Origin: Chloroflexia bacterium
Lineage (GTDB): Bacteria; Chloroflexota; Chloroflexia; DTKN01
Reading direction: 5' to 3'
DNA: 64,000 nucleotides
Assembly: GCA_016928715.1 (NCBI GenBank)
Contig: JAFGKG010000112.1
Span: 969-64,968 of the forward strand
The position numbers and the translations under genes were made by a program. The notes under the pieces are model-generated. The model was not told where the DNA came from and did no database searches. It was given only the letters and a program-made list of their open reading frames with translations. Positions 44,429 to 53,327 of this stretch are shown in pieces (the stretch's first letter is position 1; each line of letters opens with the position of its first letter).

Positions 44429-44580
44429 GGGGGCGCCCGCCATTTTTGTCGGGCGAGGCATTTCCGCCGAGTACTTGGCTCCAGTTGGAAGCGAAAAACA
44501 GGCGGGATAGGCCCGCCAAGCATCGTTTTTGGGCGGGAAATGCCTCGCCCCTTCAAGGGCCTCAAAAATGGCGCGCCCCG
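44429..44580. repeat. 152-nt long imperfect palindrome between methyltransferase operon and dnaX promoter
   Basis: Outer arms are 44429..44448 and 44563..44580, with a 2-nt bulge. Inner arms are 44451..44468 and 44532..44550, with a 1-nt bulge. The apical hairpin is ggcggg atagg cccgcc (44501..44517). Confidence 0.75.
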
Positions 44581-44591
44581 CCTAACGGCGC

Positions 44592-44620
44592 TTGCGTGTC
44601 CGGCCGGGGTGTAGTACAAT
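44592..44620 (+). promoter_or_regulatory. promoter of dnaX operon (TTGCGT-17-TACAAT; GTAGTACAAT)
   Basis: Hexamers at 44592..44597 and 44615..44620. Confidence 0.6.
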
Positions 44621-44697
44621 AGGACCACACGTAGAATCAGCCACAACCTCTGGTCCAGGTGAAATGCAAAAGCCCGTAGGCGGGAGGAAGAGACGGC

Positions 44698-46428
44698 ATG
44701 GCCGGACAGGTCCTTTATCGAAAGTGGCGGCCCCAACGGTTTGAAGAGATCGTGGGACAAGACCACGTTACCCGTACGCTGCAGCGAGCGCTCACTTTGC
44801 AGCGCGTTGCCCACGCCTATCTCTTTACCGGACCTCGCGGCACCGGCAAGACCACCACTGCGCGGATACTGGCCAAGGCGGTGAACTGCACCAGCGAGGG
44901 GGATCGGCCTTGCAACACCTGCGCCTCCTGCCTCAGCTTTAACCAGAATCAGGCCATCGATCTGATCGAGATCGACGCCGCCTCCAACCGGGGCATCGAC
45001 GAGATTCGAGACCTGCGGGAACGGGTCAGGTTTGCCCCGGCCCAGGCCCGCTACAAGGTCTATGTCATCGACGAAGTCCACATGCTGACGACCGAGGCTT
45101 TTAACGCCCTGCTCAAGACGCTGGAGGAACCCCCCGGTCACGTCATCTTTATCCTGGCCACCACCGAGTCACATCGCATTCCGGCCACGGTGCACTCGCG
45201 CTGCCAACGCTTCGACTTTCGGCGGCTGCGGGTAGCGGACATTGTCCAGCGGCTGGAGCGCATCGTGGAGGCCGAGGGACTGCAAGTCACCCGGCCGGCC
45301 CTGGAGGCCATCGCCCGTCAGGCCACCGGCAGCATGCGGGATGCCGAGAGCCTGCTCGACCAAATGCTGGTCTATGGCCAGGAGCAGACCCTGGACCTGG
45401 AGCAGGTCCAGGCGATCCTGGGGATGCGCGGTAGCGAGCAGGTGGCGAATCTGGCCCAGGCCCTGATCGACAACGACCTGCCGGTGGCCCTGCAGTTGCT
45501 GCAGGGTCTGGTCGACGACGGCGTGGACCTGCGCCAGTTCAACCGGGAGCTGGTGACCTATCTGCGGGGCCTGCTTTTTTTGGCGGTGACCCGGGAGGGC
45601 TCTGATCTGCTGGAGGTTACCCAAGAGACCCGCGAACGGATGCGTACCCAGACCCAGCAGGCCCATGTGGGCCGGCTGACCGTCTGGCTGCGGCGTTTTA
45701 GCGAGTTGGACAACGAGCTCAAGGCCGGCTGGTATGGCCAACTCCCCCTGGAATTGGCCCTCGTCGAGGCATTGATGCCGGCAAGCGTTCCCCCGTCGCA
45801 GCCGACCGGCCGTTCGGGTGGCAAAAAACTGCGCCCCGCCGGGCGCCGTCAAGCGGCTTCCTCTTCCGAGGCAGCGGCCCCCTCTCCTGCGCCGGCGGCC
45901 CCCTCCGCTGCGCCGGCCAGCCCCTCTACGAGTGTCGAGAAGGCGCCGTCCCACAGCGCGCTCAAGCTGGTTCCAAGCGACGAGAGGGAGGCCCACTCCC
46001 AGGACAACGGCAGCGCCGCGGTCGCTCCGGGGGAACTGAGCCTGGCCCAGTTGCTGCAGGTTTGGCCCCGGGTGGTGGAGCGCATCCGGCCTCTGGATCC
46101 TTCTGTGCAGGCGCTGCTGCACGATTCCTATTGCCAGCCCATTGACGTGGATGGACAGATCATTGTCCTGGGATTTCGCTACTCCTTTCACAAGAGTAAA
46201 ATTGAAGAGACCCGCAACCGCCGTATTGTCGAGCACGCCCTGCGCAAGCTCTTGCGGGGCGACTATGGCGTCCGCTGCGTGCTCAACGATGCCAGCGCCG
46301 GCGGCCGCAAACGGCAACAGGCGAGCGAACGCGAACAGGCCCAGCAGGATCCCCGCATCAAGGCCGCAGCGAATATCTTTAACGCCCGTATTGTGGAGGT
46401 CCAATCCAACGGTGAGACCGGTTCGTAA
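44698..46428 (+). CDS. dnaX: DNA polymerase III subunit gamma/tau
   Basis: Motifs YRKWRPQRFEEIVGQ, HAYLFTGPRGTGKTT, zinc module CNTCASC and YVIDEVHMLT. Confidence 0.95.
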   Translation: MAGQVLYRKWRPQRFEEIVGQDHVTRTLQRALTLQRVAHAYLFTGPRGTGKTTTARILAKAVNCTSEGDRPCNTCASCLSFNQNQAIDLIEIDAASNRGIDEIRDLRERVRFAPAQARYKVYVIDEVHMLTTEAFNALLKTLEEPPGHVIFILATTESHRIPATVHSRCQRFDFRRLRVADIVQRLERIVEAEGLQVTRPALEAIARQATGSMRDAESLLDQMLVYGQEQTLDLEQVQAILGMRGSEQVANLAQALIDNDLPVALQLLQGLVDDGVDLRQFNRELVTYLRGLLFLAVTREGSDLLEVTQETRERMRTQTQQAHVGRLTVWLRRFSELDNELKAGWYGQLPLELALVEALMPASVPPSQPTGRSGGKKLRPAGRRQAASSSEAAAPSPAPAAPSAAPASPSTSVEKAPSHSALKLVPSDEREAHSQDNGSAAVAPGELSLAQLLQVWPRVVERIRPLDPSVQALLHDSYCQPIDVDGQIIVLGFRYSFHKSKIEETRNRRIVEHALRKLLRGDYGVRCVLNDASAGGRKRQQASEREQAQQDPRIKAAANIFNARIVEVQSNGETGS

Positions 46429-46508
46429 TCCTTGCCGCTCGAAAAGCAGCCCTAAAAGGCTACGTTGCGGCTGAGTGGAGTACTAACAAATCAAGATCGG
46501 AGGAGATT

Positions 46509-46814
46509 ATGCGCGTCAACCAGAATATGATCCGGCAGGTACAGCAGAGAATTCTCCAGGCCCAGGAGGAACTGGCCAAACAGACCGTTGAGGTGACCGT
46601 GGGCGGAGGGGCCGTCCGTGTGATCATGAACGGACAGCAGGAAATTGTCGAGATCCACATCGAACCCGATGTCGTCGACCCCGAGGACGTGGAGATGCTG
46701 CAGGATCTCATCATCGCCGCCGTCAATGAGGCGGTGGAGCGTTCCCGTGACCTGGCCCAGGATAGTATGGGCTCCCTTCTGGGCGGGATGGGTTTGCCGC
46801 CGGGTCTGTTCTAG
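46509..46814 (+). CDS. ybaB: YbaB/EbfC nucleoid-associated protein
   Basis: 101 aa, with conserved position between dnaX and recR. Motif GGGAVRVIMNGQQEIVEIHIEPDVVDPEDVEMLQDLIIAAVNEA. Confidence 0.9.
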   Translation: MRVNQNMIRQVQQRILQAQEELAKQTVEVTVGGGAVRVIMNGQQEIVEIHIEPDVVDPEDVEMLQDLIIAAVNEAVERSRDLAQDSMGSLLGGMGLPPGLF

Positions 46815-46835
46815 GCCGGCCGTCGGAGGATTATC

Positions 46836-47450
46836 TTGCGCAGCGAGATTGAGCGCTACTTGCCCCGGGTGGTGGCCCGCCTGGTGGAGGAATTGATCAA
46901 ATTGCCCGGCATCGGTCCTAAAAGTGCTTCCCGCCTGGCCTATTACCTGCTGCACGCTCCTGAGGAACAGGTCCGCGATCTGGCTGAATCCCTGCTAGAG
47001 ATGAAGGAACGGATAGTCCTCTGTTCCCGCTGTTTCAACATCACCGAGCAGGATCCCTGCCCAATCTGCGCCGACGAGAATCGGGACCAGTCCCGCATCT
47101 GCGTGGTCGAGCAGCCCCTGGATGTCATTGCCCTGGAACGGACCGATCGCTACCGTGGGCTCTACCATGTCCTGCATGGCGCCCTCTCCCCCGTGGAGGG
47201 CATCGGTCCGGAGGATCTGCACATTGGCGAGTTGTTCACCCGGGTGCGTCTGCAGCCGGTGGAGGAGATTATCCTGGCCACGAATCCCAACCTGGAGGGC
47301 GATGCCACCGCCATGTACCTTTCCCAGCAGTTGATCCCGCTGGGGGTTCGGGTCACCCGTCTGGCGCATGGATTGCCCATGGGGGGGGACCTGGAATACG
47401 CCGACGAGATCACTCTGAGCCGGGCCCTGGAGGGCCGGCGGGAGATGTAA
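46836..47450 (+). CDS. recR: recombination protein RecR
   Basis: TTG start lies 5 nt after GGAGGA. Motifs LPGIGPKSA, zinc finger CSRCFNITEQDPCPIC, and a Toprim region. Confidence 0.93.
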   Translation: MRSEIERYLPRVVARLVEELIKLPGIGPKSASRLAYYLLHAPEEQVRDLAESLLEMKERIVLCSRCFNITEQDPCPICADENRDQSRICVVEQPLDVIALERTDRYRGLYHVLHGALSPVEGIGPEDLHIGELFTRVRLQPVEEIILATNPNLEGDATAMYLSQQLIPLGVRVTRLAHGLPMGGDLEYADEITLSRALEGRREM

Positions 47451-47460
47451 GGAGCGCGCT

Positions 47461-47829
47461 ATGGACAAGATCGAGCAAGCCTTGACCGCTGTAATGGACA
47501 GTGTGCCGGACGCCACCCTGGTGGCCCTGCTGGGCCTGGATGGTGTCAATGTACAGATGAACCGGGACGAGGGCTGGCAGGCCCTGGACCCCCAGATGAT
47601 CGAGGTCGAAATAGCCGCTCTGGCCGAGGCTGTACAGCGGACCTCGCTCCGGCTGGGCCCCGAGGCCAGCCCGCAGTTCTTTGTGAGCACGACCCGGGCT
47701 AACCTGATGGGACTGATGCTGGACCCGGACTATGTGCTGGTTCTGGCTATGAATCCCACGGGCAGCCTGGACCGGGCTCAACAGGCTCTGGCCCAGGCCC
47801 GGGAGACGTTGCAGCACTTGAATCCCTGA
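47461..47829 (+). CDS. roadblock/LC7 (MglB-like) domain protein
   Basis: 122 aa. The pattern VPDATLVALLGLDGVNV....LMGLMLDPDYVLVLAMNP is typical of the Robl/LC7 fold. Family call by eye. Confidence 0.55.
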   Translation: MDKIEQALTAVMDSVPDATLVALLGLDGVNVQMNRDEGWQALDPQMIEVEIAALAEAVQRTSLRLGPEASPQFFVSTTRANLMGLMLDPDYVLVLAMNPTGSLDRAQQALAQARETLQHLNP

Positions 47830-47919
47830 CCCTATTGTAGAGCCGGGGGGGGGGCTCACCGGATCTGGTCAAGCCCCCAGGCTTTAAGCTTTCCCAAAGA
47901 GTGGGTTCGGTCCTGAACC

Positions 47920-48831
47920 ATGAAGCGTGCAGAGGAACCTTTTCCCAGCGAGTGGCTCGAACTTGGCGTCCAGGCCGAACCGGAACGTGTGGAGGCCATC
48001 GCCGAGGTGCTGGGCCACTATGGCTACCAGGGAGGCGTGGTGATCGAGGAGTCCTACCGGCCGGCCCCGGACGGGCTTGGACTGGAGCGGGATCCCAGCG
48101 GTCCTGTGCTGGTGCGCACCTACCTTCCCCACAATGCCGCCGGTGAGCAGGGTCTGCGGGATATTCAGAGCGCGCTGGATCGCTTGGGACAACCGTTCCC
48201 ACCCCAAGTGCGGATATTGGCCGCGCAGGACTGGGCGCATTTCTGGAAGGTGCATTTTGACGTGCTTCGGGTGGGCCGGCGGTTTGTCATTGTGCCGGCC
48301 TGGCGCGATTTCGAACCCCAGCCCGGGGACCTCGTCATCACCCTGGACCCCGGTCTGGCCTTTGGCACCGGTCTGCATCCCACGACGCAGCTCTGCCTGA
48401 AAGGGCTCGAGCGCTATGTACAACCGGGCGGCAGTGTCCTGGACCTGGGCACGGGATCCGGCATTCTGGCCATCGCTGCCGCCCGCCTGGGCGGCGGTTC
48501 CGTCCTGTCTCTGGACAACGACCCCCTGGCCGTGATCGCCGCTCGGGAAAATGTCGAACTCAACCAGGTAGAGTCCCAGGTCCAGGTAGAGCAGGGCACG
48601 CTGGAGGCCGGCCGGGGTCGCTTTGAGCTGATTTTGGCCAATATCCTGGCCCCGACCATTCAGGAACTGGCGCCCCTTTTGGCGGCGTCCTTGCCGACCG
48701 GGGGGATACTCATCGCCTCCGGTATATTTGAGGAACAGGCTGAGGCTGTTTGTCATACGTTGGACCAGCATGGCCTGCGCTTGCTGGAAACGCTCACGCA
48801 GGATGGCTGGGTCGCTTTGGTCTTTTGCTGA
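47920..48831 (+). CDS. prmA: ribosomal protein L11 methyltransferase
   Basis: Motifs LDPGLAFGTGLHPTTQLCL, VLDLGTGSGILAIAAARLG and LANILA. Confidence 0.9.
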   Translation: MKRAEEPFPSEWLELGVQAEPERVEAIAEVLGHYGYQGGVVIEESYRPAPDGLGLERDPSGPVLVRTYLPHNAAGEQGLRDIQSALDRLGQPFPPQVRILAAQDWAHFWKVHFDVLRVGRRFVIVPAWRDFEPQPGDLVITLDPGLAFGTGLHPTTQLCLKGLERYVQPGGSVLDLGTGSGILAIAAARLGGGSVLSLDNDPLAVIAARENVELNQVESQVQVEQGTLEAGRGRFELILANILAPTIQELAPLLAASLPTGGILIASGIFEEQAEAVCHTLDQHGLRLLETLTQDGWVALVFC

Positions 48832-48841
48832 GGAGGTGCGG

Positions 48842-49609
48842 ATGCATCGCTTTTTCCTCCCCCCCAAGGCCTTTTCCTCCCAAGAGGTTTCCCTCAACGA
48901 GCCGGGCTTGAACCACCGCCTGCGCAACGTGCTGCGGATGCAGGTTGGGGACGAGGTGATTTTTCTGGATAACTCGGGTTGGGAGTTTCACACGGTGCTC
49001 CGGCAGGTCGGTGTCGAGCAGATCATCGCCGAGATCCAATACAAAAGCCTCTGTCACAGTGAGCCACGCACCAAGGTCTCCCTATACCAGGCCCTGATCA
49101 AGGGCGATCGCTTTGAGTGGGTTCTGCAAAAGGGCACCGAGCTTGGCGTCAGTGCGTTTTTCCCCCTCCTATGCGAACGCAGCATCGTCGGTGACGCCCG
49201 GCAGATATCGGAACGCAAACTGGAGCGTTGGCGGCGGATCATCCAGTCCGCCGCCGAACAGTCCCGCCGCGGCCGGCTGCCCCACCTGGAGCCGCTTACA
49301 CTCTTTGCGGCGGCCTGCGAGCAGGTCCGGCGCTCCAGTGGGTTGGCCCTGATCCCTTGGGGAAAAGCGGACACCCCACTGGGCGAGGTGCTGCAGGCGG
49401 AGCAGGAGCACCGACCCTTTAACGTCTCGATCTTGATCGGTCCGGAGGGCGGCTTTAGCCCGGAGGAGATCCGGACGGCCCAGGACTATGACCTGATCCC
49501 GGTCAGCCTGGGCCCGCGCATCCTGCGGGCAGAGACGGCCGGCCTGGTCGCTACCGTACTGGTGCTGTACCAATATGGGGATATGGCTGCCCCCCCTATC
49601 CAGGAGTAA
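48842..49609 (+). CDS. rsmE: 16S rRNA (uracil1498-N3)-methyltransferase
   Basis: ATG at 48842 after AGGAGG. Motifs MHRFFL, RVLRMQVGDEV and the C-terminal SPOUT knot GPEGGFSPEEI....SLGPRILRAETA. Confidence 0.88.
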   Translation: MHRFFLPPKAFSSQEVSLNEPGLNHRLRNVLRMQVGDEVIFLDNSGWEFHTVLRQVGVEQIIAEIQYKSLCHSEPRTKVSLYQALIKGDRFEWVLQKGTELGVSAFFPLLCERSIVGDARQISERKLERWRRIIQSAAEQSRRGRLPHLEPLTLFAAACEQVRRSSGLALIPWGKADTPLGEVLQAEQEHRPFNVSILIGPEGGFSPEEIRTAQDYDLIPVSLGPRILRAETAGLVATVLVLYQYGDMAAPPIQE

Positions 49610-49630
49610 AATGCCTCCGGATTGCTGCTG

Positions 49631-51211
49631 CTATCCCTTGTGCAGGAGCAGGCGGATGGCATGGGCTACGCCGGCCTGTAGGGTACTGCGGGTGTCGATC
49701 CCTGATAGGTCAACCCCTAGGTTCACCACCGTTTGAGCCACTTCGGGCTTGATTCCAACCAGGATCGGCCGTACGCCCAGCAGGGATGCGGCCTGCATGG
49801 CCTGTAGCAGGGTGTTGGCCACCGCGGTGTCCACGACGGACAGGCCGGTAATGTCCAGGATCACGATTTGGGCGTGATATTGCCGAATCCCGGCCAGCAG
49901 AGCCTCCGTGACCAGATGGGCCCGTTCGGTATCAATACTACCCACGAGGGGCATGACCACTACCCCCTGCAACACAGGAACCACCGGGACGGACATTTGC
50001 CGTATGGTCTCTAGCAGGCGCCCCTGCTCTGCACTCTGCCGGCGCAGTTGCTCATAGGCCTCGGAAAGCTCCAGGGTCCGCTCCTGTACCTTGGCCTCAA
50101 TGGCATCGTGGGAGGATTGTACCCGTGCGGCCATTTCATTGAATGTGTCGGCCAGCACGGCAAACTCGTCTTCTGTACGGATATCGATACGATGGCCGAG
50201 TTCCCCGGTTCCCAGCAGTTCGGCCCCCTCTTGGAGTACGTGCAGATGTTTCAGGTTCTGGCGTGCCATCAGCAGGCCTACCCCTGCGGCGACCACCACC
50301 GAGACGGCCAACAAGCCGGCGAACACGAACGTGATCTGGCGCAGTCCGTGCATGGCCTCCCGTACCGGCTGCTCCAGGATCACGATCCAGTCGGTCCGCT
50401 CCAAAGAGGCCCAACTTCCCAGCACTTGCCCGGTCCTTTCCGGGTTGATTCCTGGATAGAAGGGTACCTCCTGCTGGCCCGTCAGGGAGGCCTGCACGCC
50501 GGGCACGTGGCTCAGGCTCTTTTCCTGCAGGACCACGCGAGTGTCGGACCAGTGCACGCGCAGGACGCCCTCCTGGTCGACGATGTAGGCATAGGACTCG
50601 GGGCTCAAGGACAGGTTGGAGATGATCTCTTGGATTTCGCGCGTATCGAGCTCTACGACTAGCACGCCGCCGAGTGCCTCATTGATGCGGATGGGGACCG
50701 AAATTGTCGCTAGGGGCAGTGAGGCCAGGGCTGGGTCCGGGGAAAGGTGGATGGGGCTGATATAGTAGGGCTGCCCTGTCAGCAGGCTGGTGTATTCTGG
50801 GGCATCAGCCCGGCTGGTGTACAGGTTCGGATTCACGAATCGCTTGTAAGAGGACTGCAGGATCTCGTTCCCCTGGCCATCCAACAGCCAGACCTCCAAA
50901 AAGCCCTCCCATTCGAGCAGTTCGCGGGCCCCATAGACGGCCTCGGGCCTTTCCATTCCCTGAATCAGAATGCCTTTGTCATAATCGCTGATAAAGGCTT
51001 CCATACGGCCCGTCGCACTGGAAAGATAGGCGTCGATGGCCAGGGCGGCCCGATCCACGGCCTGCTGCTGGGCAGAACGGATCGCCTGTTGTTGGTTGTT
51101 GTAGCTGATGTAAAAAAGAGGGATACCCCCGAGCAACAGTTGCACCAGGGCCAAAATGACCAGGATCAGTGACAAACGCCTTGTTATACGATGTCGGGGT
51201 TTTGCAGGCAT
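49631..51211 (-). CDS. membrane sensor: Cache-like extracytoplasmic domain - HAMP - STAS domain
   Basis: An N-terminal TM, a periplasmic Cache-like region of about 250 aa, a second TM, then HAMP (EDEFAVLADTFNEMA). The C-terminal STAS-like module is VPVLQGVVVMPLVGSIDTERA....ILDITGLSVVDTAVA. Confidence 0.8.
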   Translation of the reverse strand: MPAKPRHRITRRLSLILVILALVQLLLGGIPLFYISYNNQQQAIRSAQQQAVDRAALAIDAYLSSATGRMEAFISDYDKGILIQGMERPEAVYGARELLEWEGFLEVWLLDGQGNEILQSSYKRFVNPNLYTSRADAPEYTSLLTGQPYYISPIHLSPDPALASLPLATISVPIRINEALGGVLVVELDTREIQEIISNLSLSPESYAYIVDQEGVLRVHWSDTRVVLQEKSLSHVPGVQASLTGQQEVPFYPGINPERTGQVLGSWASLERTDWIVILEQPVREAMHGLRQITFVFAGLLAVSVVVAAGVGLLMARQNLKHLHVLQEGAELLGTGELGHRIDIRTEDEFAVLADTFNEMAARVQSSHDAIEAKVQERTLELSEAYEQLRRQSAEQGRLLETIRQMSVPVVPVLQGVVVMPLVGSIDTERAHLVTEALLAGIRQYHAQIVILDITGLSVVDTAVANTLLQAMQAASLLGVRPILVGIKPEVAQTVVNLGVDLSGIDTRSTLQAGVAHAIRLLLHKG

Positions 51212-51258
51212 AACACTCAGGCCCTCCTCTGCAGGTAGGCGTGCACACTGCCAGCTTT

Positions 51259-51287
51259 ATCTTACCACGGTGCCCGCTAAAAGTCAA
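51259..51287 (-). promoter_or_regulatory. promoter of Cache-HAMP-STAS gene (TTGACT-17-TAAGAT)
   Basis: Minus-strand hexamers at 51287..51282 and 51264..51259. Confidence 0.5.
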
Positions 51288-51299
51288 CAGACGTTTCGC

Positions 51300-52487
51300 C
51301 TATCCCAGTGCCTGCTCCAGGTCGGCGATGATGTCGCCGGCCTCCTCAATGCCCACCGACAGGCGCAGTAGACCTTCGCTGATGCCCCAGGCTGCCCGCT
51401 GTTCTGGCGAGAGTCCGCGGTGTGAGCTGCAGGCCGGATGCAGCATCAGGCTGTGGATGCAGCCCAGGCTCGTCCCGGGCAGGATCAAGCGCAGGCGGTT
51501 CATCAACCCGATGGCCGCCTCTGCGGTTCTCGCCGCCAGCTCAAAGGCAAGCATGCCCCCAAAAGCGCCGGGACGCAGGAGCCGGGCCGCTAGCTGGTGT
51601 TGGGGGTGACTGGACAATCCGGGATAGTATACCCGCTCCACCCGGGGATGCTTCTCCAGCCAGTCCGCTACCCGAGCGGCATTCTGGCAGTGCTGCCGCA
51701 TGCGCAGGGCCAGGGTCTTGAGCCCCCGGTGGGCCAGCCAGGCCTCGTTGGGACCCGGGACCGCCCCCAGCACCTGGGCCAGGGAACGCAGCGGCGGCAG
51801 CAGTTCTTTGCCGCTCACCACGACGCCGCCCAGGACATCATCGTGGCCGGCCAGGTACTTGGTCAGGCTGTGCACCACGTAATCCGCCCCCAGTTCCAGG
51901 GGCCGCAGTAGGTAAGGGCTGGCAAAGGTGTTGTCCACCACCACTCTGGTTCCTACCCGCCGGGCCGCCTCGACCAAAGCCGGCAGGTCCGCCACCTTGA
52001 GCAGGGGGTTCGATAGCGTCTCTAGCAGTAGCAGGCGCGGTCGTTCCTGCTCCAGCGCTGCGACAACTTGCTCCGTCCGCTCGACTTCGACAAAGCGGCT
52101 GCGTAGGCCCAAGGCCGGCAGGACCTGCTGCAGCAGCGTGTGCGTGACCCCGTACAGGTCCTGGGCCGCGATAATGTGGTCCCCCCGCTCGAGTCCGCAG
52201 GCCAGCAGCGCCGCGTGGATGGCCGCCATCCCAGAGGCAAAGGCCACCGCCCCTCCGCCGGCCTCCAGCACGGCCATGGCCTGTTCCAGGGCTGCGGTGG
52301 TGGGATTGCCGTTGCGGGAATAGGCATAGCCGTCCCGCTGCCCGGCCAGTACCTGGTGTAACCGCTCCACGTCGTCGTAGAGATAGACCACGCTGTGGTG
52401 AATGGGCCCGACAGCGGGCTCGTAATCGGGCCGGGGCCCCCGCTCCCCGGCGTGGACGGACTGGGTGAAAATGCTCTGCTCGTGCAT
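51300..52487 (-). CDS. Cys/Met-metabolism PLP-dependent enzyme (cystathionine gamma-synthase / gamma-lyase / O-acylhomoserine sulfhydrylase family)
   Basis: PLP-lysine motif VVHSLTKYLAGHDDVLGG. The family-typical N-terminus is HAGE....GP....PI and YSR..NPT. Confidence 0.88.
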   Translation of the reverse strand: MHEQSIFTQSVHAGERGPRPDYEPAVGPIHHSVVYLYDDVERLHQVLAGQRDGYAYSRNGNPTTAALEQAMAVLEAGGGAVAFASGMAAIHAALLACGLERGDHIIAAQDLYGVTHTLLQQVLPALGLRSRFVEVERTEQVVAALEQERPRLLLLETLSNPLLKVADLPALVEAARRVGTRVVVDNTFASPYLLRPLELGADYVVHSLTKYLAGHDDVLGGVVVSGKELLPPLRSLAQVLGAVPGPNEAWLAHRGLKTLALRMRQHCQNAARVADWLEKHPRVERVYYPGLSSHPQHQLAARLLRPGAFGGMLAFELAARTAEAAIGLMNRLRLILPGTSLGCIHSLMLHPACSSHRGLSPEQRAAWGISEGLLRLSVGIEEAGDIIADLEQALG

Positions 52488-52516
52488 GGTGACCTCCTGG
52501 ATAAAAGCCTATCCAA

Positions 52517-52546
52517 ATTATACCGTCCCGCATTCTTTTTGTCCAA
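52517..52546 (-). promoter_or_regulatory. promoter of PLP-enzyme gene (TTGGAC-18-TATAAT)
   Basis: Minus-strand hexamers at 52546..52541 and 52522..52517. Confidence 0.55.
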
Positions 52547-52550
52547 CCCT

Positions 52551-52579
52551 TTGACTTGTAGTGAAATTTGTGGTACAAT
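52551..52579 (+). promoter_or_regulatory. promoter of repeat lipoprotein gene (TTGACT-17-TACAAT)
   Basis: Hexamers at 52551..52556 and 52574..52579. It is back-to-back with the divergent promoter 4 bp away. Confidence 0.65.
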
Positions 52580-52604
52580 AAGTACGTAATGGAAGGAGGA
52601 AAGG

Positions 52605-53261
52605 ATGAAAAAGTTTAGACTGTTACCCTTTGCCGTCGTCCTACTGGTGTTTGGATTGACGGCCTGTACCCCGTTTACCTCGGCCCCGACGGCTACGCCG
52701 CAGCCTACCTATACGCCGCAGCCTACCTATACGCCTGTACCCACGCATACGGTCGAGCCTACGGCTGTACCTACCTACACGCCCCAGTCCACCTATACGC
52801 CCCAGCCCACCTATACGCCCCAGCCCACCTATACGCCCCAGCCCACCGCACCGACCGAGACTCCCGCACCGACCGAGACCCCCGAGCCGACCTCGCCTCC
52901 GCAGCCTACCGCTCCGCCGCCACCGCCGCCTACCGCCGTCCCGCCCACCTCACCGCCCGATCCCTGTGCCGGCATTCCCGCCGACGTGAGCGGGTCCATC
53001 AGCCCCCGCTGCGCCCCGGCCGGCACGTCGTTTTCCCTCAGCGTCTGGGGATTCAAGCCCAACGAGGAGGTGGGCTTTTGGCTGACCGATCCCAACGGCA
53101 ATATTGTGGGGACTGTGGACACCGTCAACATTGGCCCGGATGGGCGCGTGGACGATATCCCCTTTAGTAGCACTGGCTTTATGCAGGGCATCTATTACTG
53201 GGTCTTTGAGGGCGTCGCGTCGGGGCACCAGTCCATCGTGTATTTCAAGATTATTCCCTAG
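52605..53261 (+). CDS. lipoprotein with Pro/Thr-rich tandem-repeat linker and C-terminal beta-rich domain
   Basis: Lipobox LVFGLTAC. Repeats are (PQPTYT)n then (APTETP)n. RBS GGAAGGAGG. The C-terminal ~95 aa are unassigned. Confidence 0.75.
   Translation: MKKFRLLPFAVVLLVFGLTACTPFTSAPTATPQPTYTPQPTYTPVPTHTVEPTAVPTYTPQSTYTPQPTYTPQPTYTPQPTAPTETPAPTETPEPTSPPQPTAPPPPPPTAVPPTSPPDPCAGIPADVSGSISPRCAPAGTSFSLSVWGFKPNEEVGFWLTDPNGNIVGTVDTVNIGPDGRVDDIPFSSTGFMQGIYYWVFEGVASGHQSIVYFKIIP
52698..52883 (+). repeat. in-frame 18-nt tandem repeats encoding (PQPTYT)n and (APTETP)n
   Basis: ccgcagcctacctatacg occurs twice (52698..52733). ccccag(t/c)ccacctatacg occurs three and a fraction times (52782..52847). gcaccgaccgagac(t/c)ccc occurs twice (52848..52883). 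Confidence 0.85.
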
Positions 53262-53327
53262 CCTGGTGCAGACAGGACTGACCGCGCCCGTTGGAACCTA
53301 TTCAGGTTGAGATAAAAGGTTAAATCG

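Noticed and set aside
44419-44697. A possible SRP RNA (ffs) upstream of dnaX, as in many Firmicutes-type arrangements.
   Set aside because: The region is a long hairpin. I could not find the conserved domain IV elements (GGAA-type tetraloop flanked by the AGCA / GGAAG..CAGC symmetric-loop motifs) on either strand.
45820-45831. An A6 run (GGC AAA AAA CTG) in dnaX as a possible gamma-subunit frameshift or slippage site.
   Set aside because: There are only six A residues. Neither the -1 nor the +1 frame reaches a stop codon soon after the site (both stay open for at least 70 codons), unlike known dnaX recoding sites.
47830-47919. The sequence gggttcggtcctgaacc as a possible tRNA T-arm.
   Set aside because: The surrounding about 75 nt do not form acceptor, D and anticodon stems. 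It lies directly at the prmA start region.
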